64,000 nt of DNA, taken from positions 50,346,001 to 50,410,000 of the forward strand of contig NC_086097.1 in assembly GCF_963921235.1 (NCBI RefSeq). The letters are read 5' to 3'. The translations under genes and the position numbers were made by a program. Below, one piece after another: positions 38,074 through 49,526 of this stretch; positions within the stretch are counted from its first letter, which is position 1, and each line of letters starts with the position of its first letter. Under the pieces are notes generated by a model, which saw nothing but the letters and a program-made list of their open reading frames with translations, was not told the origin of the DNA and searched no databases. Source of the stretch: Mobula hypostoma. Its lineage: Eukaryota.

Positions 38074-39275
38074 CAGAGCCTTGAAAAAAAAATACTCAGC
38101 CCCCACAACTATTTTAACATTTTACTCTCATTTTCTAAATTTAAAATATTGAAGTAGGATTTTTGAGCTAACCTACACTTTGTGCATCATGTCAAATCAA
38201 AAGAAAAATTCCAAAACCTGTCAACAATTTATTAAAAATTAAAAACCAAAATTGTGAGGCTAGAAAAAAGTATTCTTCCCCTCAGTAATTACTACATTAA
38301 TTTTATTCAGGTACAGTACTGTATATTACCTTACCAACTCACCCAAATTATTAGTGTAGAAAATTGGAAGATCACCTGTTTTCAATGAATTCATAAGAAT
38401 AAATACCCCCTCTCTGTAGGGTTCAACAGTATAGTAGATTTTCAACAGACCAAACTAAAATAAAGACAGAAGAGTGTTCAAGATAAGTCAGGGAAACAAT
38501 AATAGAGAAGCACAAATCTGGGGAAGGGCACAAGACCATCTCAAATGCACTGAGCATACCTCGAAGCACAATGTAGTCCGTTGTGAGTGGAAAAAACTTG
38601 AAACCACGGCCACACTGTCTAGGTTACACCACCCCTCTAAACTTAGTCACCAAAGAATAACACTTGTAAGAGAAGCCTCTTTGACACTGAGTGAGCAAAA
38701 GTCAGTGGCTACAACTGGAGACGAAGTTTATGGCTCTGCAATCTCCAAAGCCTTGCACAAAATGGGTATTTATGGAAGATTGGCAAGAAAGCCCTGGCTA
38801 AGAAAAAGCATATGCTTGCACATAAAGACTTTGCAAAGCTTCACTTAGAAGATACTATAAAGATGTGGAAGAAGGTCTTGCAGTCAGATGAGACTGAAGT
38901 GGAACTTTTTGGCCTCAACAGTAAGTAATGCATGTGGTGTAAATCTAATACTATGCATCAGTCAGGTAAAACCCTATCCCTACTGTAAAGTACAATGGAG
39001 GTAGCATCATGCTATGTGAATGCTTTTTCGCAGCGGGGATGGAAATCTGGTTAGGATTGATGGGAAGATGAATACTGTTAAATACAAAGATCCTGGATAT
39101 AAAACCTGCTAGCCTCTGCCAGAAAGCTTAAATTGGGAAGAAGTTTGTCTTTCAGCAGGACAACTACCCAAGACACACTGCCAGAGTGCAGAGTGCAGAG
39201 TGGCTTCTAATGAAGAAAACTGAAGTCTTTGAGTGGCCCAGTCAAAGTCCTGACCTTAACCTGATTGAACATCAG
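38074..39275 (+). mobile_element. Degenerate Tc1-family transposon, 3'-truncated
   Basis: TA|CAGAGCCTTGAAAA...ACTCAGCCCC left TIR. Transposase remnants GIYGRLARKP, WKKVL.SDET, GGSIML, FQQDN and [14 protein letters not shown]. Confidence 0.88.
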
Positions 39276-39369
39276 CTGGTTGAGCGGTGTTGCAAAAACA
39301 ATTTCACAGTGTCAGCAGAATCAAAGAATTTTTATGGGTTTCAGGAAGGCGGGGGGGGGGGGAAGAGTT

Positions 39370-39955
39370 GGGAGACCATGCACCAGTCATCATAGAGGGG
39401 TCAGCAGTGAAAACATGAGGCTCTTCAAGTCCCTGGGTGGCAACATCTCTGAGGATCTGTCCCCGTCCCAACGCATAGAGGCAATCACAAACAAGGCATG
39501 CCAGCTGCTCTACTTCATTAGGAGTCTGAGGAGGTCTGGTAAATTTCTACAAATGTACAGCGGAGAGCATTCTGATTGCTGCATCACACTCAGTATGGAG
39601 GCTCTGATGCTCAGACTCGGCACAGCCGGCTCCATCACCAAGGACATCATCCAGAGGTGGTGCCTCAAGAGGTCTGTGTCCAATAGTAAGGACCCTCAGC
39701 ATGCAGGACATTCCCTCCGATCACCACTATTAGGGAGGAGCTACGAGAACCTGAAGACCCACACTCAATCATTTAGAAGCAGCTTTTCCCCTCCATTGTC
39801 AGATTTATGAATGGTCCATGAACATTACCTCATTATTCTTTCTCTTTACATTATTTTGTAACTTACAATAATTTTGTCTTTACATTTTACTGCTTCTGCA
39901 AGACAAACTAATCTCATGTTATATAACATTGATAATAAACCCAATTCTAACCTTT
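39370..39955 (+). mobile_element. Rex1/Babar LINE 3' fragment
   Basis: FKSLGGNISEDLS...KACQLLYFIRSLRR...LLGRSY..LKTHT..FRSSF. Confidence 0.75.
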
Positions 39956-40409
39956 ATGTTTTCAATAAACTACATACAATAACTAATGTATCCAAACTCA
40001 CTTTAAAAATAAAAGGGGCAATCACCTCTCTTTGGTGGCTTTACTGCAGCATTTAGTTACCAATCTAAAATTTTCATTCTCATTTACAAATTCTACAACC
40101 TCTTCCCTTTCATCTCCAACTCCCTCTGGTCTTTTTCCTTCTGCAAGATTTGCTTTCCTCTGTTTCTGGCCTTCTGCAAACTCCCAGCAATCACCCAGTT
40201 GAGGTTTCCATTGATTTAAAATGTCTCAATAAAGTTGCCTCTCACTCTTCTGAACTCTAGAAAATAAAGGCCTAGAATAACTAAACAGGAACCACCCTTC
40301 AGACTCTTCATTACACTCCCACTACAGCGCGTATACATATATTCTGCATCAGATAACGAGGCAAAATTGTATGCAATACCAGTGGAATTATGTAATTAAA
40401 CTAGAGCGA

Positions 40410-41193
40410 TTACTGAGAATATTTACAGAGATGTTACTAGGATTGCCAGGATTGAGATTAAGACTAGATCGGAAAGGCTGGAATTGTTTGCCCTGAAGTG
40501 AAGGACTCTGTGGAGTGCACTTCAGGAAGTTTATAAAATCATGAGGGGCATAAATAACATGGATGGTTGCACTCTTTTTCTTCCTCCAAAATAGGGAAAT
40601 CTAAAACTTGATAATTTTAGGGTGAGAGGAGTTAGATTTAAAGGGGAACCAAGGGGTAAACTTCTCCACATATAGCTTGGTGACAGTGGAACGAGCTGCC
40701 AGATAAACTGTCATTGTATTGGCTTTTCTACAAATGTTCAAAAGATATTTACAGGTCCACAGATGAGAAAGATTGAAGGATGTGAGTCAAATACAGACAA
40801 ATGGGATTAGTTTGGAAAGGCACTGTTGCATGGACAACTTGAGCCAAAGGAACTATTTTAGAGCCATAGAGCACTAGAGCACAGAAATAGGCCTGTTAGC
40901 CGATCTAGACCATGCTGAACTGTTACTCTGCCAAGTCATATCAACCCACACCTGGCCCACAGCCCTCCATACCCCTTCAGTCCATGTACCTATTCAAACT
41001 TCTCTTAAATGTTCCAATCAAACCTGCATTCACCACTTTTCTTGGCAGCTTGTTCCACACTTGCACTACTCTCTAAGTGAAGAAATTCCACCTCAGGTTT
41101 CCCTTAAATATTTCACCTTTCACCTGCAACCTATGACCTCTAGTTCTAGTCTCACCCAAACAGTGGAAAAATCCTACTAACACTTACCCTATC
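40410..41193. mobile_element. Two tail-to-tail CR1 3' fragments; the minus one is the LTR-element host and continues at 43259-43700
   Basis: CR1 3' UTR text on plus (~40410-40870) and minus (~40865-41193). Host text CACTTACCCTATC|TATGTCCC is split by the LTR element. Confidence 0.75.
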
Positions 41194-41384
41194 TGTTGTG
41201 TTCTTTAGACATACCGTGGGTTACTAAGAACAAACCATATTCTGGAAGGATTAAAACCAGAACTTTTATTTACAACAGCAAACAGCTACCATGTTTAACA
41301 TACAGCCATGCTTTCTAGATCATTCTGTCATTTCTGCGCATACTCCGAACTCTGTCCAATCACCTTTTTACACGTGACATCACA
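41194..41384 (-). repeat. 3' LTR
   Basis: Direct repeat of 43066-43258. Confidence 0.9.
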
Positions 41385-41442
41385 TCTTCCTTTCCTTAAA
41401 AAGAAAAACAATTAGCAACATTAACCAAAACAAATGCATAAT

Positions 41443-42284
41443 TTAACATGTCTCTATCAGTCTCTCTGGGGGCTGATATACATGAGTATATCTTCTAAGT
41501 GGTTCACACAGTTCTTGTGTTTCATTGTCATTTTCATGTGTTGTCTGGTCTGCATCAGTTAACTGACACTCTGAAGTTGGCTCTTTCTTGAGGTCTTTGA
41601 GAAGAAATTGCAATTCATTCATTAACTGTGTAATCCCTTTATTATGCTGAGACTTCATCATTTCAATAAAACTTCTCAATTCCTTCACTTGTTCTTTCAC
41701 TTCTTCAATTGGATCCTGATTCTTGTCACTCTTTGGCTTCAGATCCGTATTGTACTGTACCGGCAAGTTTGGTCTCTGTATGACTTCATACTCTTTCATC
41801 AAGTCACTGTATTCTGACTCTGTGTCACTGTCCAGGACTAAGAATCTTTTCACCAAATTCAGTCTCCCACAGGCAGATAAACCCAATATTGACTGTACAT
41901 ATTTTGGCACTACCACAAATGAAAGTATATGCTCAATATTTTTGTGTGATACTTTTGCCACACATGTTCCTTTAACTGGAAGGTCTGCACCTGAATACCC
42001 AGTCACTTTTATATTTGTCTGATGTAACTTTGGTCTTGGCTTTAATGCATTAAGCTCAGATTCTGCAAGAACATTTACCTGTGCTCCAGAATATTGTTTT
42101 GGTTCACTTGCAATGGAATAGTCCAGTCATCCTTACTTTGTTTGTTTTCACAAAGCACATGTATATAAAACTCCTCACATTCATTTTCAAGCACTGCATT
42201 TACATGTTTTATTTCCTTTCTACTTCTGCAACAGCGTAAAAAATGATTACTCTTACCACAGTTTTTGCACATTTTCTGATACAC
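41443..42284 (-). pseudogene. Gag zinc knuckle, aspartic protease remnant, foreign coiled-coil segment and pol C-terminal tail
   Basis: CKNCGKSNHFLRCC knuckle; GAQVNVL and ILGLSACGRLNL protease remnants; LRRYT...PPERL tail; RT, RNase H and integrase core missing. Confidence 0.8.
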
Positions 42285-42321
42285 TGGACACTTTTTATGT
42301 TGGTGCTCCCGCCCACAGAGA

Positions 42322-42972
42322 TCACAAAGTTTTTTTTCCTGCAGATAACGTCTTGTTCTCTGTCAGTTTCGTTGCCGTTTTATTACTTTTTCTAATATGT
42401 TCACGCACAGCGTGTACGTTGCAGTTCTCAATAGAAAGCTCTTTAGCCTGTGACGTCACGGTCTCAGAAGCTTTGCAGAGTGCAACAGCTTTTTCCAAAT
42501 TCAAATCTTGTTCTACCAGTCTTTCTCTCAGACCATTATCCAGAATGCTGCAATTAATTCTGTCTTTAATGAAAGAGTCTGTAAACTCGCATCTTTTACT
42601 GTGGTTTCTCGACTCCGTAATAAATTGATCAATCATTTGACCAGGTCTCTGCCGACATTTGAAAAAAATGTACCGTTCATATGTCACATTGCACTTCTGT
42701 ATACAAAATGCTTCAAATTTGTCGATTATCTCTGTTAGATTCAAATTATCTCCATTTTCAAAAGTAAAATGGTTATATACCCCAACTGCGTCATCCCCTA
42801 TTATGTGGAGTAGGATCGCTGCTTTCGTCTTTTCCATTTTATTTTCTGCTCCTATCGTCGATACATAAATTTCAAAACGCTGCTTAAATCTTTTCCAGTT
42901 TTCAGCTACGTTTCCAGTCAGCTGAAGCATTGATGGGGGTTGCAAAACTTCCATTTTTAAAGTTGTTAGCAA
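42322..42972 (-). CDS. Gypsy gag (capsid) ORF, 216 aa
   Basis: GNVAENWKRFKQRFEIY...LLHIIG...NVTYERYIFFKCRQRPGQ.IDQF...IKDRI...L.LEKA. Confidence 0.85.
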   Translation of the reverse strand: MLTTLKMEVLQPPSMLQLTGNVAENWKRFKQRFEIYVSTIGAENKMEKTKAAILLHIIGDDAVGVYNHFTFENGDNLNLTEIIDKFEAFCIQKCNVTYERYIFFKCRQRPGQMIDQFITESRNHSKRCEFTDSFIKDRINCSILDNGLRERLVEQDLNLEKAVALCKASETVTSQAKELSIENCNVHAVREHIRKSNKTATKLTENKTLSAGKKTL

Positions 42973-43065
42973 ACAACGAAAAAGTTTGTGCTTATTTTCT
43001 CTATTGTCTTCGCTTCTCCCGTGTTAGCGAGACAAATTATTCTTCCAGATCGACTTCTGACACCA

Positions 43066-43258
43066 TGTTGTGTCCTTTCGTGGGTTACCAAGAACAAACC
43101 ATATTCTGGAAGAATTAAAACTAGAACTTTTACTTACAACATCAAACAGCAACCACATTTAACATACAGCCATGCTTTCTAAATCATTCTGTCATTTCTG
43201 CGCATGCTCCGAACTCTGTCCAATCATGTTCTCACACGTGACACGTGATATCAGCACA
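43066..43258 (-). repeat. 5' LTR
   Basis: Direct repeat of 41194-41384, abutting the PBS. Confidence 0.9.
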
Positions 43259-43734
43259 CTATCTATGTCCCTTAATTTTTTTAAATACCCCCATCAAAAC
43301 TGCCCTCATTCTCCTACACACCAGGGAACAACATTCTAGCTTGTTCAACATTTCTCTGTAACACCAACCTTGTAAATTTTCTCTGTACTCTTTCAATCTT
43401 ATTAATGCCTTTCCTGTACGTAGGTGACCAGAACTGCACACAGTTTTGGTCTCAGTCTTATACCATTTCATCAAAACTTTTGTCTTCATAAATCAGAGTA
43501 TTAAGGACTCACTGCTTTGATTTTTGAAAGTTAATGTGCCAAAAACTCTTTCAATGAGCCTATCTATATGTGATGCCACTTTTAATGAATTATGGATCTG
43601 TATTCCCAATCCCTCTGTTCTACCCCACTTCTCAGTGCATTACTGTTCTCTGCACAAGTCCTACCCTGGTTTGTCCTTGCAAAGTGCAACAGCTCACACT
43701 TTCTTGGTCACCTCCTCAGAAAGCTATAATATTA

Positions 43735-46010
43735 ATTAGACATCACCTACTGGGATCAGATTTGATATCACTGGCATATATCATGAAATTTGTTGTTATG
43801 CGGCAGCAGTATATTTAATACACAATAAAAACTGTAAAATAAAGTACATGCATATTAAATTAACTGTAAATTACAATATATATTTTAAAAACTTAAATAA
43901 GTAGTGCAAAAAGAAAAAAAAGGTATTAATGTTCATGGGTTCAATGTCCATTCAGAAATCTGATGGCAGAGGGGAAGCAGCTGTTCCTGAAACATTGAGC
44001 GTGTGTCTTCAGGCTCCTATACCTTCTCCCTGATGGTAGCAATAAGAAAAGGGCATGTCCTGAGTGATGGGGGTCCTTAATGATAGATGCCACCTTTTTG
44101 AGGCATCATGTCCTGGGTGCTGGAGAGGCTAGTGTCCATGGTGGAGTGGACTAAGCTCACAACTTTCTGCAGCTTACTTTGATCCTGTGCAATACCCCAT
44201 CACACACTCCATCCCCATACCAGTGATGCAGCCAGTTAGAATGCTCTCCACAGTACAGCTGTAGAAACTTGCAAGCATCTTTGGTGACATACCAATTCTC
44301 TTCAAACTCCTAATGGTTGAGCCTTCTTTGCAACTACATTGATATGTTGGGCCCAGGATAGATCCTCAGACATGTTGACACCCAGGAACTTGAAACTGCT
44401 CACTCTTTCCACTTCAGATCCCTCGATGAGGACTGGTGTGTTTCCTTATCTAACCCTTTCTGAAGTCTACAATCAATCCTCCCGGGAGGGGGGAGAAGAT
44501 GGCGGCGCGACGACAGCATGCGCGGCCACTTCGGTGATGAATATCTGTTACTTGTCAAGTAGGGGACCGTGCATAATCCTGATTTGATGGAGACAGACGT
44601 GAGAGCACAGCGGAATATCTGGAAAACTTCTGAAATGACTGCTTTACTGTGGCTGCTACTGTGTGGTAACCAGAATCTCCGGAGCTGAAGGCCCCAAAAT
44701 CCTCGGCTTTGTGTGTTTCAGCGGCCGGGGAGGTCGAAGGCGCTCGGGAGGCTGTATCGGAGAGGCTGCTCTGAAGCTTGGAGTTTTCGAACGGATGGAC
44801 TCAGTGTCGGCTGTGGTTGGCTGCTTCCAAGGTATCGACAAGTTGACGGTGCCTGGAGGTTTATGGCAGGGAGTTTCTCCCTTTTGCAGCCTGCTATCGG
44901 GGACTCAGGAGTCGATTGACTCGCAACTTTGAGAACTTTTTTTTTTACTGTGCCTATGGTCTGTTCTTTATCAAATTATGGTACAGTATTGCTTTGCACT
45001 GCTGTGACTATATGTTATAATTATGTGGCTTTGTCAGTGTTAGTCTTTGGTCTGTCTTGTTTTCTGTGATATCACTCCGGAGAAACATTGTATCATTTCT
45101 TAATGCATGTATGCATTTCTAAATGACAATAAAAGAGGACTGAGTGTTCTCATAATCTAAAAAAAATTCTTTTGTTTTTTTTTTAAGTTGAGTGCAAGGT
45201 TGTTGCTTCAACACCACTCAACCAGCTGAGCTACCTCACTTCTGTACGCCTTATCATCCAAAATTCTGCCTGCAATAGTTGTGACATCAGCAAATTTACA
45301 GATGGCATTTGAGCTGTGCCTGGCCACACAGTCATGGGTGTAGAAAGAGTAGAGCAGTGGGATAAGCACACATCCTTAAGGTACATCAGTACTGATGATC
45401 AGTGAGGTGGAGATGTTATTTCCAATCCGCACAGACTGTGGTTGTCTGGTTAGGAAGTCAAGGATCCAGTTGCAGAGGGAGGTACAGAGGCCCAGGTTCT
45501 GGAACTTTTCGATCAGAACTGTGGGAATGATTGCGTTAAACTCTGAACTGTAGTCAATACACAGTAACCTGAGGCAAGTATGAGTATCGTCCAGGTGATC
45601 CAAGGCAGTGTGAAGAGCCAATGAGATCACAGCTGCTGCGGACCTATTGTGGCGAATGGCAAATTGCAGTGGATACAGGTACTTGCTTAGGCAGGAGTTG
45701 GTTGTAAATCATGACCAACCTCTCAAAGCACTTCATCACTGCAAATGTGAGTGTTACTGGGCAATCGTCATTAAGACAGCTCATACTGATCTTCTTGGGC
45801 ACTGGTACAATTGTTCCCTTTTGAAGTAGGTGGGAAGTTTTGAATCTAACAATGAGATTGAAAATACACCCGCCAGTTGGCTGGCACAGGTATTCAGAGA
45901 CCTACAAGGGACACCATCAGGTTGCCCTGCCAGGGTTCACCCCCTTGAAAGACATTCTGATGTCAGCCTCTGAGACAGAGATCACAGGTTCACCAGATGC
46001 TGTATAACAG
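43735..46010 (-). mobile_element. Degenerate Rex1/Babar LINE (RT and 3' end), interrupted at 44481-45166
   Basis: ISLALHTALDHLD...RLLCIDYSSEFNAIIP...LCNWILDFLT (45376-45630); VERVSSFKFLGVN.SEDLSW on the minus strand near 44350-44420. Confidence 0.85.
44481..45166 (+). mobile_element. Short non-coding retroposon with YY1-like 5' end and A tail
   Basis: Starts CCCGGGAGGGGGGAGAAGATGGCGGCG, CpG-rich head, ends GACAATAAAAGAGGACTGAGTGTTCTCATAATCTAAAAAAAA. Inserted antisense into the Rex1/Babar copy. Confidence 0.7.
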
Positions 46011-46056
46011 GCACATCACGTTGATTACCCCTAATAATGTCCTGCCTATCCAAATA

Positions 46057-46861
46057 CAGTGCATTCTGGTTAATTGGGACACATCGGGACCAGAACATTT
46101 TGGCCCAATTAAGTGGCTGCCTCATTTGTCAAAGTTTCATGGAAAATAAAAAAGATGTTAAAAAGGCAAACTATGGTTTAACTGAGGAACAACTTATGAA
46201 ATGAAATACAGAACAATTCAGTACACTATCAATACTACCATAGTACTATAAAACTGTAATAGTTATTGATGGACAAATTACACTGTCATGCTCTTTTGAT
46301 TGCAAATAAACAAAATCAGCAGATAACTAATGTAGATAATGGACTGACTTCATACAATGCTTTTGATGATTGCATCCTCCAAAGCTTCATTTACATTGTA
46401 ACATTCAAGATTATTGTTGATATCTTTGAACTCTTTGTAGTTTCTAACTTAGTGAAGTAGTGAAAATCATTTCATTTTGCACTCACGGCCATTTCTGGCA
46501 TCTCCAAGCCTGAATGCTTGAAACTGCAGTGAGGAAAACAGTTCTGAATTGTCTTACTACTTATTTCTCACCAACTATCAGTGACAAAAACCACTGCTTT
46601 TTGAACACAAACACATGCAACTGATGCTATTTAAAAACTGATTGCTCTAAACACAGCATAGAGCCTAACCACCACACAAGTGCGTACAACTGACAGTAAT
46701 TAGAAACCGTTCAGCAACAGTCTCCAGCCCCAATCAGCATAGCAGCCCAAATGAATGAAGGGAATCCCAACCATTTTCTTGATTTAGTTTTCATTCTTTA
46801 AGCACTGTTCCAAATAAACGGCTGCCCGGTTAACCAAACGCCTAAAAACCAGAACCCACCG
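46057..46861. mobile_element. Non-autonomous Tigger/pogo-like DNA transposon (copy 3)
   Basis: TA|CAGTGCATTCTGGTT ... AACCAGAACCCACCG|TA. Confidence 0.8.
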
Positions 46862-49039
46862 TACATATATATCTTGTCCCTTAGAATACCTTCAAATAAT
46901 TTACCCACTACTGATGTCAGGCTAAGGGTGTTTTAAATACGTCTGTCAGGGCACTTCAATTTCTACGCTAGCCTCCCACGAGGTCTGAGGGGACACGTTG
47001 CCATGCCCTGGAAACCAATCCACACTAATTATCCTCAAGACAGCAAGAATTTCCTCTTCTGCAATCCAGATATGATTCATGACCTCACTACTGTTTTACC
47101 CTAGTTTCATAGTCCCTGCATCTATCTCCTGAGTTAATACAGATGCAAAGAATCCATTTAAGGTCGCCCCCATCTCTTTTAGCTCCATGTATTGATGACT
47201 GCGCTGAACGTCAAGTAGACTAATTTTGTCTCTTGCTATCCTTAATATATCTGTAGAAGTCCTTAAGATTCTCCTTCATCTTTTCTGCCAGAACAACCTC
47301 AAGCTTTCTTTTAGCCTTCTTGATTTCCATCTCAAGTGTTCTCTTGCATTACTTAAACTCAAGTGCCTCATTTGTTCCTTACAGTTTACATCTGCCATGC
47401 ACCTCCTCCTTCTTAAACAGGGCCTCAATATCCTTGGGAACCAAGGTTCCCCAAGCCTGCTAGCATTGCCTTTTATTCTAAAAGGAATATAAGAAGTCTG
47501 TTCACTCAATATTCCACTTTTGAGGGCCTCCCATTTACCAAGCATCCTTTTGCTGGAAAACAACCCATCCCACAAGACATAGGAGCAGAATTAGGCCACG
47601 AGGCCCATAGAATCTGCTCCGCCATTCAATCATTGCCTATTTATTAACCCTCTCAACCTCATTTTCCTGCCTTTCCTGGTAACCTTTGACTCCCTGACTA
47701 ACCAAGAACCTATCAGCAACAGAATCAGAATCAAGTTTAGCATCACCGGCATATGTCATGAAATTTGTTAACTTTACAGCAGCAGTACAATGATAAATAA
47801 ATATAGAGAAAAAAATTTGGAGTTACATTATACAAGCGCAGTTTGACTAATACTTTGTAAAGCCTCCACATTATATCCTTGCTGTTATATTCTAGTCCTC
47901 TCAAAATAAATGCTAACATTGCAGTTGCTTTCCTTACTCCAAATCAAGTTAACCTTTACAGAATCTTGCACAAGGACTCCCAAGTCCCTTTACAACTCTG
48001 ATTTTTGAATTTTCTCCTTGTTTAGAAAATAGCCCATGACTTGGTTTCTTCTACCAAAGTGCAAGACTACATAATTCCCTATACTACATTCTATCTGCCC
48101 ATTCTACCAAATTGTCTAGGTCCTTCTGCAGACTCCCTGCTTCCTCAACATTATCTGGAACTCTACCGATCTTCATATCATCTGCAAACTTAGCCACAAG
48201 CCATCAATTCCATCATCTAAATCACTGACATGTAACGTGGGGGGAAAAAAAGCAGTCCCAATACCCACCCCTGCAGAACACCACTTGTCACCAGCAGCCA
48301 ACCAGAAAAGGCCCCCTTTATTCCCAATCTCTAAGCAGCCCCACGTGCGGCACCTTGTCTAAGACCTTTTGTAGATCCAAGTAAATAACATCCACTGACT
48401 CTCCTTTGTCTATTCTACCTGTTATTTCCTCGAAGAATTCCAACAGATTTGTCAGGCAAGGTTTTCCCTTCAGGAAACCATGCTGACTTTAGCATAACTT
48501 ATCATGCACCTCCACATACCTTGAAATCTCATCCTTCATAATGGATTCCAATATCTTCCAAACCATTGAAGACAGGCTAACTGGACTAAAATTTCCTTTC
48601 TTTTGTTTCCTTCCCTTCATATTTCATCTTCTCTCTCCTTACGGTTTTAGTTCTCCTGCTAGTTTTTAAAAAAGGTTTCACAATCTTCTAAATTCCCACT
48701 AATTTTTGCTAAAATAAATGCCCCCTCTTTTGCTTTTATGCTGTCTTTGACTTCCCTCGTCAATCACAGTTGCCTCATCCTATCTTTAGAATACTACTTC
48801 ATCTTTGGGATGTATCTATCCTGTGCCTTCTGAACTGCCCCCAGGAACTCCAGCCAGTGCTGTTCCATCATTAACCCTGCTAGTGTCACCTTCTACCTTC
48901 CACTGTGTATGGAAGGAAAGGTACCATTAAGCCAACCTCAGCGCATCAGCTCGGTTTAGGAAACATTATGAGAATATACAGGGAAGACACTGAAATGTGT
49001 GCTCTCAGCACAATGACACCAAAACGACAAGGCAACGTT

Positions 49040-49044
49040 CGCGC

Positions 49045-49090
<46 letters not shown>

Positions 49091-49106
49091 ATGCGCACAC
49101 ATGTGC
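49040..49106. repeat. (GT)n microsatellite within an alternating purine-pyrimidine tract
   Basis: CGCGCGC(GT)~20GCGCATGCGCACACATGTGC. Confidence 0.95.
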
Positions 49107-49393
49107 CAGGAGTGCATATACCAAGTGCTCTCTGTCATACCTCTCTTTTACACTTCATATATCTGAAGAACCCTTTGGTATTCTCTTCATTATTATTGGC
49201 TAGCTTACATTCGTATTTCAGCCTTTCCTTCTTTATGACTTTTTTTAGTTACCTTCTGTTGGTTTTTAAAAGTTTCCCAATCCTCAAACTTCCCACTAAC
49301 TTCTGCTCTATAATATGCTCTTTTTGAGTTTTATAATGGCTTTGACTTCTCTTGTCGACCACGGTTGTGTCATCTTGCCTTTAGAATACTTCA

Positions 49394-49526
49394 AAAACAC
49401 GAGAAAATCTGCAGATGCTGGAAATCTAAGCAAGACACACAAAATGCTGGAGGAACTCAGCAGGCCAGGCAGCATCTATGGAAAAAAGTAAACAGTCGAC
49501 GATTCGGACTGATACCCTTCATCAGA
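49394..49526 (+). mobile_element. Single arm of the Penelope-derived element; minus-strand hammerhead with GAAA changed to GAAU
   Basis: Minus strand reads CUGAUGA-A-GGGUAUCAGUCC-GAAU-CGUC-GACUG. Confidence 0.7.

Larger units (their letters stand above)
41194..43258 (-). mobile_element. Non-autonomous, internally deleted Ty3/Gypsy LTR retrotransposon with 5-bp TSD
   Basis: LTRs 43066-43258 and 41194-41384 (TG..CA). TSD CTATC at 41189-93 and 43259-63. PBS TGGTGTCAGAAG (complementary to the tRNA-Leu 3' end) at 43065-43054. PPT AAGGAAAGGAAGA at ~41397-41385. Confidence 0.93.

Noticed and set aside
48905..49327. 140-aa ORF with VCVC repeat
   Set aside because: Translation of a GT microsatellite plus antisense CR1.
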